Origin: the human T2T-CHM13v2.0 reference genome, Homo sapiens
DNA length: 64,000 bases
Reading direction: 5' to 3' (one strand)
Assembly (NCBI RefSeq): GCF_009914755.1
Contig: NC_060930.1
In this document: piece by piece, positions 28,343 to 41,868 of the stretch
Numbering within the stretch: position 1 is the first letter of the stretch
Layout: every line of letters starts with the position of its first letter
Position numbers and translations under genes: made by a program
Notes under the pieces: generated by a model
What the model was told of the DNA's origin: nothing
What the model saw: only the letters and a program-made list of their open reading frames with translations
Database searches by the model: none

Positions 28343-29743
28343 GCATTGCTATGCCTCATGTTAATGCTCACTAATGAGCACTCTAAATAAGAGGTACTTG
28401 ACAACAAATAACACAGGTTAGGTTTCTCTGTGGGTGTGAGCTGTACTCTGTTTCGCTTTTACATATCTCACTGCTTGGATACTTGGTTTGTGAACAAATT
28501 TGCCACCACAGCTGGAAAAGAGGCTATTAATGGGCACAGCTCCCTAATGATGATCTAACTACTGCCCCCTGCTGAATGCCCAACTTGTCAGTAGTAGAGG
28601 CTGGTGGTGAAACCTCAATATGAAATTGTCAGAGTCCAGCCAGTCATTTCATATCAGATTAATTTTATTAGATCCTTTCCACCATGGAGATGGCAAAAAT
28701 TCATCCTTGCTGGAATTAAAACCTACTATAGTAATGGATTTGCACTCCCTGCCAGTAAAGCCTCCACCATCACCACCAACTAAGGGCTTGCAGAAAGTGT
28801 TACCTATTGACATGGCATGTCTCACAACATTGTTTCTGCCCAAGTAGCTCATTTTATGGCAAAGGTGGTTCAGCAATGGGTGCATGATGATAGAATCCAC
28901 TGGGATTACTAAATACCTCATCACCTGGAAGCTGATGATCTATGGTAAAATAGCCTGTGGAAGACTCATCTGAAGTTCCAGGTTGGGACAGGATGAGATA
29001 CATGTATGTATTATATCAGTGGCTGATATATGGTGCTGTGTCCTTTAAGCTAGAATACATGGATTCAAGAACCAAGGGTTGGAAGTACAATTTGTCTCTT
29101 TCACCATTACTCCCAGGTGACTTATTTGTAAGGTTTGAAATCTTAGGCTTTGCTGGATTAGAGGTCCTGGTTCCCAGGAGGCAGAGCACTTCTGCCAGGT
29201 AAGAGTGCCACAGAAATGGACTATCTCTTGCTGACTATCTCTTTGGGCTCTTCATTCCAGTGATTGGACTCCTCATTCCTGGATCAGCAGGCGAAAGAAA
29301 ATTAATATAGTTGAAAGTCTAGTCTATCCTTACATATGTAAAGAGCCATTGTAACTGGAGGCAGAGAGGACTATCCAGTGACTTGACTGATGCATCTGCT
29401 GGTGTTTTCATGCCAGGTAATAATGGTGAGTGGGTGGTTATGGCATCTATGATGTGATAAAGGAAAAGCAAGCCTTGAGAAAAAGGTCTGGGTTACTCTG
29501 CCAGGCAAGAAACCTTAAATCAGATGAGATGATGGCCAAGGGCAAGAGAAATCTAGCATTGGTAATGGAAGACAGAGATGATGCCTTTCAATAAAGTCTG
29601 GGGACCAGCTGTAGCAGGGGTTGTAGCTAGTTCCAGAAACCCTCCTGCAGAGATTGTGGCTGGCCAGCTCCTTAAAGGGGACTCTGAGATAGATTGAACT
29701 TAAGGAAGTGAAAAGATAGATTTGAGTAGTGCAAAGGATCTAC

Positions 29744-30260
29744 TGCATCAGATAACACTGTGAGCATCACTTCAAATCTTCTTGGTGCCATATCTTACTG
29801 CAGTCCTTGTTTCAACAACCAATTCTTGTAGACTTTGACCAGCTTCCTGCAGGTGCAGCTGAAGACTGCCTCACTTTTAGCCAAGGTCTGAGCTTCTCCC
29901 TTCCTTGGAACTTTTCTGACATTGAAGTGTGAAATGTTCATTGAAATGCCACACATACACAAGTTGCAAGTGGTTATGTGGTAGTCAAAGTCCCAGGAGC
30001 CACCTTCACTCATGGAGAGTGGAAGCCCATGGAGAAATGATACTCTTTTCTTCATGCATTTAATTAGGGCTTCTCAAAAGATCTTTGAATCCAGCACAGG
30101 TTAGCCATAGCTGCAGTCATTTGACAATGAATTCTTGTTTCAGCTTTCTCATTTTCCCTGTTTTTATTCCCCCAATCATAGAGCTGCTCTCCGGGTCCAT
30201 GTTCCCAGATAAATTCCTTGTGAGCAAGCCTTTTTGGAAGAAACTCAGGCCTAGAGAACA
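29744..30260 (+). mobile_element. 3' LTR (LTR16-like) of the ERVL provirus
   Basis: TG start after a PPT-like gcaaaggatctac; shares ttgac(c/t)agcttc and downstream blocks with the 5' LTR; ends in CA. Confidence 0.65.
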
Positions 30261-31068
30261 ATCTTATTAACTAAGTTGAAACAATAAAATAATATAAAGA
30301 ATTGAGGTTTTAATATGCAAGTCTGCTTTCTTACTCATAACTACCGAGACTTAGGAAGAGTAATGATTTTGTAAATTAAAATATTTGTTTCAACTTATCT
30401 AAACTCTATTATTTATTCAATTTACATTTGAGAGCAGGTAGTCATAGTAAGCTGCTATATCACTAAAATGTTCATTCTACTATGTAAATTGCACACATTA
30501 TCAGAGACTTACAAGCTGTGAATAAGAGGGCTTTTAAAAAAACACTTTGGAGTAGTATGAAATTGTCCAACATTACTTCCATATTGTTGAATAATTGATG
30601 CTATTATGTTCTCAAGGTAAATAAATATGAAAAGGAGAAAGTTCTTCAATAATAAGGTAAATGGAATTTGTGGCATTATTTCTGATAGTATTTGTAATGT
30701 CAGTTTACATTTTCACCATCAGAGGTCATGAAAGGACAGTTTAGAGCAGAAAATGTGAGCTTTGTTGAAAATAAATTTAAGTTTGAAATTTAAACTGAAA
30801 CTTATTCTTACAAGGCCTTTTTAAAAAAGAAGTCACAATCTACTTAATGCCATTTATAAATTAAGAAAAATAATTTTTAAGAATAAAATTATCTGGTGGA
30901 TTCCAAGGACATCCGGCTAATTATTGACTTTAGTGCTCTCAATTTATATTTTAAGAGCAATTTTAAAGTGCAAAGTATTGTTGACTACTTGTCTTTCAAA
31001 TATAAATATAACATTTAATTTCAGTTGGGTTTGTGGGGTCTATAATTGATAAAAGTATTCTATTTTTT

Positions 31069-32914
31069 TTTTAATTTATTTTTTTTTTATTGATCATTCT
31101 GGGTGTTTCTCGCAGAGGGGGATTTGGCAGGGTCATAGGACAATAGTGGAGGGAAGGTCAGCAGATAAACAAGTGAACAAAGGTCTCTGGTTTTCCTAGG
31201 CAGAGTGTGTGTGTCCCTGGGTACTTGAGATTAGGGAATGGTGATGACTCTTAACGAGCATGCTGCCTTCAAGCATCTGTTTAACAAAGCACATCTTGCA
31301 CCGCCCTTAATCCATTTAACCCTGAGTGGACACAGCACATGTTTCAGAGAGCACAGGGTTGGGGGTAAGGTCATAGATCAACAGGATCCCAAGGCAGAAG
31401 AATTTTTCTTAGTACAGAACAAAATGAAAAGTCTCCCATGTCTACTTCTTTCTACACAGACACAGCAACCATCCGATTTCTCAATCTTTTCCCCACCTTT
31501 CCCCCTTTTCTATTCCACAAAACCGCCAATGTCATCATGGCCCCTTCTCAATGAGCTGTTGGGTACACCTCCCAGACGGGGTGGTGGCCGGGCAGAGGGG
31601 CTCCTCAGTTCCCAGTAGGGGCGGCCGGGCAGAGGCGCCCCTCACCTCCCGGACGGGGCGGCTGGCCGGCGGGGGGCTGACCCTCCCACCTCCCTCCTGG
31701 ACGGGGTGGCTGGCCGGGCGGGGGGCTGACCCCCCCACCTCCCTCCCGGACGGGGCGGCTGGCCGGGCGGGGGGCTGACTCCCCCACCTCCCTCCCGGAT
31801 GGGGCGGCTGGCCGGGCAGAGGGGCTCCTCACTTCCCAGTAAGGGTGGCCGGGCAGAGGCGCCACTCACCTCCCGGACGGGGCGGCTGGCCGGGCAGGGG
31901 GCTGACCCCCCACCTCCCTCCCGGATGGGGCGTCTCGCCTGGCGGGGGGCTGACCCCCCCACCTCCCTCCCAGACGGGGCGGCTGGCCGGCCGGGGGCTG
32001 ACTCCCCCCCCTCCCTCCCGGACGGGGCAGCTGGCGGGGCAGAGGGGCTCCTCACTTCCCAGTAGGGGCGGCCGGGCAGAGGCGCCCCTCACCTCCCTGA
32101 CGGGGTGGCTGGCCGGGTGGGGGGCTGACCCCCCACCTCCCTTCCGGACGGGGTGGCTGCCGGGCGGAGACGCTCCTCAGTTCCCAGACGGGGTGGCAGC
32201 TGGGCGGAGGGGCTCCTCACTTCTCAGATGGGGCGGTTGCCAGGCGGAGGGTCTCCTCACTTCTCAGACGGGGCAGCCGGGCAGAGACGCTCCTCACCTC
32301 CCAGACGGGGCGGCGGGGCAGAGGCGCTCCCCACATCTCAGACGATGGGCGGCTGGGCAGAGACGCTCCTCACTTCCTAGGTGGGATGGCGGCCGGGCAG
32401 AGACGCTCCTCACTTTCCAGACTGGGCAGCCAGGCAGAGGGGCTCCTCACATCCCAGACGATGGGCGGCCAGACAGAGACGCACCTCACTTCCCAGACGG
32501 GGTAGCGGCCGGGCAGAGGCTGCAATCTCGGCACTTTGGGGGGCCAAGGCAGGCGGCTGGGAGGTGGAGGTTGTAGCCGAGATCACGCCACTGCACTCCA
32601 GCCTGGGCACCATTGAGCACTGAGTTAACGAGACTCCGTCTGCAATCCCGGCACCTCGGGAGGCCGAGGCTGGCGGATCACTCGCGGTTAGGAGCTGGAG
32701 ACCAGCCCGGCCAACACAGCGAAACCCCGTCTCCACCAAAAAAATACGAAAACCCGTCAGGCGTGGCGGCGCGCGCCTGCAATCGCAGGCACTCGGCAGG
32801 CTGAGGCAGGAGAATCAGGCAGGGAGGTTGCAGTGAGCCGAGATGGCAGCAGGACAGTTCAGAGGGAGACCGTGGAAAGAGGGACAGGGACAGGGACAGG
32901 GAGAGGGAGAGGGC
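31069..32914 (-). mobile_element. Full-length SVA retrotransposon (probably SVA_C/D)
   Basis: On the minus strand: CCCTCT/CCCTGT hexamers (~32878-32913), Alu-like region, GC-rich VNTR (~31560-32500), SINE-R, poly(A); perfect 16-bp TSD AAGTATTCTATTTTTT at 31053-31068 and 32915-32930. Confidence 0.97.
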
Positions 32915-33349
32915 AAGTATTCTATTTTTTAAAAAAGGAAAGAAACTAAGTTAAATGAAAACGTAGAAGTGCCTTGCAATATATTTGTTAGTGACATAGC
33001 GTGGACTTCATAAATTTACATCTGAGAGCCTGATGATGCAAAATGTATCTGTTATCTTATCAATAATAATAAACTACATTTAAAATATCTACTATTAATA
33101 TGTATTTTGGCTAAGTCATAGGTAGCATGTATTGATTTAAAACTTCTTTTGCTCTAGATAAATTATTAGACCTGCAAAAAACCAGTAAGTTAAAATAATT
33201 TACATTTGGGTTTTAGAAACACAAAGTCATCAGTTGCCATTGCTCCTTTCTGTATATATTTAAAACCTCCTTATAAAATGATGTTTTGCATTAGCAAAAG
33301 TTGATGTTTTGCATTAACATAGTCTATGTTTTGAAAAATACTGTAGCAC

Positions 33350-33640
33350 ATGAAATGAGTGAGTCAGAAAAAGACTAATATTAACTGATTGCACTTATAT
33401 GAGGTACCAAGAGTAGTCAAATTTATAGAGACAGAAAGTAAAATAGTGTTTGCCAGGGGCTGGGGATAGGAGAGAATGGGGAGTTATTATTTAATGAGTG
33501 TAGAGTTTCAGTTTTGCAAGATTTCTGGAGATTTGTTGCACAGCAATGTGAATGTACTTAACATTAGTAACTGTATACTTAAATGATTAAGATGGTAAAT
33601 TTTATGTTATTCTATATGTATTTTGCCATAATTAAAAGAA
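33350..33640 (+). mobile_element. L1MA/MB 3' end fragment
   Basis: gagtagtcaaatttatagagacagaaagtaaaatagtg..gatggtaaattttatgtta. Confidence 0.8.
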
Positions 33641-36314
33641 ACAGGGATAAAAAATACTGTGACCCATGAGTTGACATTAAACAATCAAAATCCTCTCCAC
33701 TAAAGTTGGAGTGCAACGTTACCAGCATTTGTGGTCTGCCTCTGCTGCCTCTTGACGACACTGGGTCTGGCCAGCCAAAGGAGCCACCAGTGGGCAAAAG
33801 GAACCCCTGCAGGGCTGAGGCCTGGTTTAGAGAAATTATATTTGATTTATACAACGAGTTTATACTGAAATGTGGCACCATCCATCCCAAATTCCTCATT
33901 CATTCAATAGGTACAACAATAGCTTTTACATTATACCATAGCATTGTGAGAGCTAAATATTGAATGGTGCCTTGTACATAATAATGCTTAATACACGTTA
34001 GCTGTTCTTATATTGTTCTTTGTGAAGCACATCCTATGGCATACGTAGCAAACAATGATTTGATACCTATTATTATTATGGCCATTATTATGTGTACTTT
34101 TCTTCCAGCATAGAGTATAGAAAGATGTTTTTCATTTGTCTCGTAGTGCCCCGGGAAAGGGTTATCAAAACTATCAGAAAGTCTTAAAAATAATAAAAAC
34201 ATAACTCCATGACTAAGTAGAGGAATCTATTTTTATGGACTATTTGTTTAAACAGCCAAACCCTAGTCTTCACAAAAGTCCATGCAATTGTCCCTCCCCT
34301 CAGTTCTGTCTTCTTTTTTGAGTCAGTTCTATCTTTCTTGGTTTACTCTCTAATCTTCCTGTGGCTCTCACGTTTAAGAAGCCTCCATGAGGCTACTAGG
34401 TGCAGCCTGCTGCTATCTGATAGCATTCCCTTTACCTGCAGGGACCATGGTAAAGAGGCGGGGTTGGCAAGAAGTTGGATGAGCACCTATCAGGATCTGG
34501 AGTTTGAGAAATTTTCACCAGAGACTTTGTTATTTTAATTAATGCTCCTTTATGGATTCTAGTAACTATTCTAAATTAATTGTTTAGGTATTAAAAATAG
34601 TTTTGTACTTTTGTTGTTCAGTCTTGCTTGATTCATTAGTGTATTTGGGGTTCATCAATTTTAACATAAAACATAGCATTTAGACATGAAAATAGATTCA
34701 CTACCTATGCAAAACTTGCTACTTGTGCAAAAAAAAGTGTTCTGTGTGTTGAAAATGATTTCACTCAATTTTTTGTTTTTAGTTATGTATCAATCTTAAC
34801 AGGAAAAATATAAATTAATATTTGATATGAAATGGGAGAAAATTTTAATTTTTTCATAAAGTCTTTCTTTGAAGAACTCCTTTATCCAGAAAGTCAAAAC
34901 ACACATACATTTTCTAGTCACCATATAAATCTCACTGATGAAAAACAAAGTTTCTTTGAAAGAAAAAGAAAATATAAAGAGACTGTTTCTACAATTCTAC
35001 CAAACCTTTCACCAATGCTTCCAACAAGTTCCAAAATGAATTTCAGCCCCATCCCCTCCCTTGTTTGCCCTCTGCAGGAGGTTTTAATGAGCAAGGGACT
35101 GCTTCTAAGGGTGAAAGCCAAAGGAAAGAAAATCCTGAATAATCCACCACCTGCATTATTCCACATGTAATAATAAGAATATTGAGAGTAGCATTAGTTC
35201 TGTAACACTACTGCCTTATTAAAGAAACCTATTCAACTTTACAAAAACTTCAGAAGGAGCAAAAGAACCATCCAATTCAGGTTTATTTTATGCTCACACC
35301 CAAGTCTTCAGTGACCTAATATTTTAAGTTGGAAACAACAGTTTTTCTTAGTTTTTCTTTTAAAATTTTATATATTTATTTATTTAATGTATGCTCTTTC
35401 TCTTTTTCTTACCCAATCATAAAGTCTTTCAGGTTGGGTGTAGTGTTATTAATTTTTGTATTATACCAATGTGTGGTTGTCAAAACTATTGGCTCTATTG
35501 CCTATTGGTCCAATTTATTATCTAATGATTTAAGTCAAAACTTAAGACATCTTGAATGTTTAACACATCTTGAATGAATGTCATGTGTATGGGGTGATGC
35601 TTCTCTCCCTCTCAATCCCCACTGCCACCTTCTAACCTACCTGAATGTATTAGGTTAGAGAAATTGTTCTTTGGTCCGAGCAGGAGCAAGCACATTATTT
35701 CCAGGCAGGAGTCCAATTCCAATAGATATAAGGTGATCTTCTATTGCTCTATCTAATTTCAATGATAGCAATGATGACAAATGTCTAAGGTAGTACAGTG
35801 AGAGATGTGGGAAGCTGTGGCATCTCCTCCACCAGCTCAACAGTTACTCAGAGTTCACCTGTATGTTTTCTTGCCTCCCAGGGTCTAGTAAATTGATGAA
35901 TAAGTTAATTCTTTTAATTTGGATAAATATTGCCTTAATGGGAACATTCTTTCATTTTGGCTCTCCATTCTGAAGGGCTTGGAATGAATAAAATATCTTG
36001 ACTAATTGCCTACTGCTGCAGAATAGGGTTCCTCAGAGAGAGAATGAGCATTGGTGATGACCTTTGGGTTAGGGACCTGTCCTTCTGTCTTTGGGAAGCT
36101 GGAGGAAGCCTTGCTATTTTTACCACATTTTTCTCATAAGTTAATATAACCTTAAAAATGACTTTCTTTAGCAGTTTCATTTCCTTCCTCTTATGCAAAA
36201 AACACATTTAGACTTTTTGCCTACTCTGAAAGCTATTTGCAATATATAGGTAAAGATGTAGGTTTATGCTCCTCTCTTCTTCTTCCTGCAAGGAAGAGAG
36301 ATGTTAATGATTTA

Positions 36315-36344
36315 TTTTTCTTCCTTTCTTTGTTTCTTTCTTTT

Positions 36345-36399
<55 letters not shown>

Positions 36400-36423
36400 C
36401 TTTCTTTCTTTCTTTCTTTCTTT

Positions 36424-36459
<36 letters not shown>

Positions 36460-36490
36460 TCCTTCTTTCTTTCTTTCTTTCTTTTTTTTT
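36315..36490. repeat. Complex (TTTC)n STR derived from the tail of the adjacent L1
   Basis: Seen directly; polypyrimidine/polypurine tract of ~175 bp. Confidence 0.95.
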
Positions 36491-36705
36491 AAACACTTTT
36501 AGTTTTGGGGGTACATGTGCAGGTTTGTTGTATAGGTGAATCACATATTGTGGGTGCTTGGTGTACAGACTATTTTGTTACCCAGGTAATAAGCATGGTA
36601 CTCAATAAGTAGTTTTTTGACCCTCACCTTCCTCCCACCCTCCACTCTCTTACCCTCAGGTAGGACCTGGTGTCTATTGTTCTATCTTTGTGTCTGTATG
36701 TATTA
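36491..36705 (-). mobile_element. Older L1PA 3' end fragment
   Basis: gggggtacatgtgcaggtttgttgtataggt..ttttgttacccaggtaataagcatggtactcaata. Confidence 0.85.
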
Positions 36706-39700
36706 TTTTTTTAAAAAACAAGAATAAAACCCATGAGAATCTGACCTCCATATCCTAAGGTTGTTTCTGAATCTTAATACTCTTCTAAAGGAGATAAATT
36801 TCATCTAATTTTAGTTGAAATTGAATCTTTTGTTTAAAAATATATAATAGGGATACTGCAAGCAATAAAGAAGAAATAAAGTCATGTATTAACATTACTA
36901 ACTTTAACTTGGGGTTTTAAAAACATGTTTTTTTGTGTAAATCTAAGAAGAGGTCATAGGCTGATTTAAGATGAAGGGCTCTCATGAGGTAGTCTCAGCT
37001 GCGGCTTAACTGTGGAGGTGAATCTTATTTTATAGAGCTTGGAAACGTCACTATCATGAATATAACTTGTTTGAACCAAAACATCTAGTGGATTTGTTCT
37101 GATACTGGGAATGTGGTAGACAGGCAACCAGAGATGTCTACCATCATGGAGGATTAAGTTGAAAGGTCTGAGAACTCCCAGGCCTCCCTGCAGTGCAGCC
37201 ACAGCCTGGCGAATCACATGGGTGGGGAGGCAGTGTTGGCAGGGACTAACAGGAAATGAAACCATTTAGGAACAGGCAACTGAGAACAGTAGCATCTGAA
37301 CATTGGAAGAGAATTGTATACTCTTGGGTCAGATCAACAGCCTTTTAAGGTCTGGATAACACAACCAGAATATACTGCTAATTTGAGTTTGTTTTACGTT
37401 TTTAGTTCTGGCAACTCTTCAAGAACAAAAGGCTATTTTCTTTTCTTTTTTTGAAAAGTTCCCTGGTCTTTTCAGATGAAATCTTTGGATATGATAGAAT
37501 TTCAAAGATCAGATTTAAAATTGTAATTCAAATTTTATAAAATATTTATATATAAGCACATAGAAAAATGCATAGGATATACATCAAAGATGGATTGGGG
37601 GGACCAAATTTGATTTATTTTATTTTCTTTATATTACACTTTATTATATTTTCTAGTTATTTCTATTGAACATGTAGTCTTTTCTGAAGTTTGAAAAAAA
37701 AAGTAAAAAGACTAATATATATAAAACACCAAAGTCTGCACCATCCTTGCTTGCAATTTGTTATTTTTTCTTGAGATTTACTTTTGAAGAAATAAATTAT
37801 TCAAGATAAAAGTTTTATATTCTATTTCTGTTTTAAAATTCATTTATAATCAGAAAAAAGCAATAAAATCTTTAATTTTCTGAGAAGTTATTGTCAACAT
37901 AATTGCATTTTACATGTTTATGTCTACCCTAAGAATAGTTCTTATGTGAGAGTTTTCTATTTAAAAAATTCAGAATATGGAATAATAAGTAAACTTACAA
38001 GAATATTTATAGTTTAAGTGAAAACAAAGGAAGTTATTTTATGTTTGTAATAAAGATTTTATGTTGTGAAAGAGGTCTAAAATAATAATGCTCTAATAAT
38101 AAAATAAATATCAAAATAGGAATGTCAGAGATGCAGATTGAGACTTGTAACATATTTCTTCTTTTCTTTGTTATTTATTAACTGAATCCAAATCTTGTTC
38201 CTAAAGCTGGAAACATATATTATTAGATTTTTGGGTGTACTGAACCAAATGCAAGGACCCACGGTGAGAATGAGAATGCAATTTAAAGAAAGAAGTGGGG
38301 AAAGGAGTTAATCATCAATGTACTCAAGACAATAATACATTTTAATAGTTTCATAAAAATACTGTTCACATACGAGCTAGCAGAACATGTTATGACAGAA
38401 CCCAAACAAGACTAGATGGAATTTAAAGTTTTTCAAAAGTCCAAATTAAAAAATTTTATCAAAATAAATTTCTGAGAACTCCTGGAGTTCCAAAGAGTCC
38501 CAGGAACACTGATGAAAACTGTAACTTGGAGAATGAAACAGTGAGTTTAAGTGTGTGTAAAAACAATATATCACCAACTCTTACATGAATAGAACAATGA
38601 CATTTTCCCTTGAATTTATGTATAATTATTCCTCACACAATTTTACCGTTTCAACTATTGTGTCATTTACCTTTCCAAAGTTACCTATTTCAGTTTAATT
38701 TCCTTTTAGCAAGTTTGGCTCATGTTGGCAGAATAATTGCCGTGTCCACTATCTCTCATGTCAAAGGAATAATAGCTCTATGTGTCTCCAGGGGCATCTA
38801 GATGACAATGATAATCGTGTTTGTTGAAGAATCATATTGCTTTAAAAATCTCTAAAACCAATGAACATTATTCACAAATGCTGTGACTTCTAGTTAATGT
38901 TAGTAATGTATATTGTATGTTATCTTCTATTATTGATAAAAAATTCAATCTTGACATGTAATTTATTATCTTTAGATTGTAATATCTATAATACACGCTG
39001 AAGATAATCCTATCTTTATATTGTTATACTGACATATTGTCCAACATTATTTTAAAGAGTTTCAAGAATTTTGTCTCATTTGCAATCTGTGAAAGCTATG
39101 TAGAGACAATGGGCTCTTTACTGTCTTCATAGCACAAAGAGGACAATGTTGATTTTGTGTGTATGAGTACTATTCTATAGAATTTAAATACTCTTGAAAT
39201 TGCTTTAACCGTCACCTGTGAAATAATGGAAAACTTTTCACAAGATTGCTACAGTACCCAGTTCATAACTAGTTCAGGCAGTAAAACAACTGCACATAAG
39301 CCTTGGTATAGACGTAACCTTAGCAGAATGCTAAAGGTCACATCATAATGCAGGTTAGAACTGAGAATGGAGTTGGGAGGTGCTGACTATAAGCCTGATG
39401 GCCAATGTTCACGCCAGGAATGTCTTCCAGTTTGCAATTGTCTTGTGAAGTTCTGGGAGTATCTGTTCCTGTCACTGGGCAAGAGAAGGAAGGTGCTTCT
39501 GCTAATGACAGTTGAGGCCAGTGTCTTCTAGGAGTCTCCCATAGACTTTAACACATTCTTCCAAGGGGAGCCACAAAAATTATTCAACAAACTTTATTGG
39601 AGACACATTTTGTCCCTGGCACAATGCTTGACTCTGAAGGCACAGAGATAAAAGACATAGTCCCTGCCAAGAGAAACTTACTGTTGAGATGGGAAACAGA

Positions 39701-40380
39701 ATTGTGAAATGACACAATAATAACCGCAACACACTGTGAGAAATGCTACAATAAACTGTTATGACTACACAAAACAAACAAACAAACCAAAGAGGCACCA
39801 GTTCTGCCTAGAGGTGCCAGCCAGGTGGCATTAGACCAGGGAAAGATAGATGCCCCCTTATTAGAAAATAATGAAGATCTTTTCAAATGTAGAAAACAAT
39901 GTGTTTGAAGAGGCAAACACAGCATGCTCCTCTTTGGAGCATCTTGCATAGCCTGAATAGCTGAAGCATAGACCACACTCCTATTGCTTTATGGTGTCCA
40001 GCATCTACTTTCACTTTTTATTACGGCCTCTCTTTATGAAGCTAAAAGGTCCACCTTTTGTTTTTTCAGCCCCTATCACCTCCCCATTTCTGGGCTGGAA
40101 GTGGACCTCTAACTTCAGCTGGGTCAGTTTGATGGGGAAAGGGAAGTAGAAAAAATATTGAGTGGCGAATTCTTCCGGTGTTCACTGCATCACTGAGATT
40201 GCAATTTCCAGGGAGAGTAACAGCTGTAGGACCACTGTCATCTCTAGCATCCAGAGACAGTGTCAAGACAGAACAGTGGTGGTATTAAAGCATAGGACCA
40301 TTATTGTACAGTGACAGTGATGGTAGATTTAACTAGCTTGGTTCTGTAGTTGGCTATTGGCTGTCGTTCTTCTGCCTAGC

Positions 40381-40733
40381 TTTTCTTTTTTTCTTTCTTT
40401 CTTTCTTTATTTCTTTCTTTCTTTCTTTCTTTCTTCTTTCTTTTTTTTTTTCTTGAGATGAAGTCTTGCTCTGTCGTCCAAGCTGGAGTGCAGTGGTGTG
40501 ATCTCGGCTCACCACAAACTCCACCTCCCGGGTTCCAGCAATTCTCTGCCTCAGCTTCCCGAGTAGCTGGGATTATAGGCACCTGGCACCGCACCCAGCT
40601 AATTTTTGTATTTTTGGAGGAGACAGGGTTTCACCATTTTGGCCAGGCAAGTCTTGAACTCCTGACCTTGTGATCCACCCACCTTGGCCTCCCAAAGTGC
40701 TGGGATTAGAGGCGTGAGTCACTGCACCCGGCT
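40381..40733 (-). mobile_element. AluS (Sg-like) with (GAAA)n tail, inside a probable old MLT1 LTR (~39950-40860)
   Basis: Full dimer; approximate TSD GCTTTTCTTT on both sides. Confidence 0.9.
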
Positions 40734-41816
40734 GCTTTTCTTTCTTTCTGCCTTTTCTGAGTTCAGTTTTCCAACCTTTGAAAGATTTCTGTGAACTACT
40801 CAGTATACCCTATCATAAATTTATTTCTGCCTTTTCAGCCACACTTCTTGCTACTGACAGTCATATCTAGGTCAATGTTCATGTTTGAGCTGGAAAGGTT
40901 AAGGTAGAATGTGAAAAGTAGTATATGCCATGCCTAATATTTTTTTGACTGAAGGATTCCAAAGAGAGAGATGATATAATCATATTGCGTTAAAAATTCT
41001 GTTATCTGTGTAGAGATTGGTAAGGAGGAGAGAAAGATGACAAGGAGTTCAGATAGGAGACTATTGTGGTGGTCAGGCAAAAGAAAACAAGGGCTTTAAA
41101 AGAAACGGGCCACGAGGAAGAGAGAGAGAAAAAGATTTGAGAGATTGTCCAGAAGCAAAATGAATTGATCTGGGTAACCTAGGAGCTGGGGTAGAGGGAG
41201 AAATTGATGATAGCTTTGAAGTTTCTAGCTTGGATGAATAAACGGATGGGTGTTGGAGCTGTTGACCAAGTAAGCTAAAGAGGTTTTGGATACATTGAGT
41301 TACTGAATTTAAGGTGCTGTTGAATATGTCCACTAGGCAGGTACATACACACAGCTGAATTTGAGCAGAGAAGTGAGGGATGAAATGGTATGGAGTGCCT
41401 CTTAGGCAGTCTGAGTGGATGAGATACCTTTGAGAATTGTAGATAGATAAATGGCTTCCTAAAAAAAAATCCTCCAGATTTATCAACAGCAACCACTCTT
41501 AAAGCTACTCTAAAACTTCTTTCATCCATTACTAGTTTTTTTTTTTTTTTGGATAACTTGTTAAAGGGTATTCAAACTCAATTTGAATTGGGGAAAAAGA
41601 GGTACTATTGTTTAGTTTTCTAAGTTTCACTTTTCAGGCCACAGAATATTTTCTTCAAATGACATGTTGCATGGATCCCCAAATTATAAAACATTTGAAT
41701 TTAGAGGGGATCTGAGTGAAACAGGCATGAAGGTTCAGAGAATAACTCCTAAGCCTCCCACTCAGTTATCAAAATACCCTCCTGAGAATCCTAAGTGTCC
41801 AGGTGTAATATACATG

Positions 41817-41868
<52 letters not shown>
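41817..41868. repeat. (TCTA)13 / GATA tetranucleotide STR
   Basis: Perfect array, seen directly. Confidence 0.95.

Noticed and set aside
31560-32500. Regularly spaced ~35-50 bp repeats resembling a CRISPR array
   Set aside because: This is the SVA VNTR: degenerate tandem units without unique spacers, no cas genes, eukaryotic context.
31238-32804. Long GC-rich ORFs (up to 243 aa) on both strands
   Set aside because: They lie entirely within the SVA VNTR, Alu-like and SINE-R domains. They are open because of the repeat's composition and are not genes.
33279-33317. Short direct repeat TGATGTTTTGCATTA x2 (similarly ACATCTTGAATG x2 at 35547-35576)
   Set aside because: Isolated small duplications with no associated structure; ordinary slippage products.
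36233-36544. K/E/R-rich and F/L/S-rich ORFs
   Set aside because: Translation of the (TTTC)n microsatellite.
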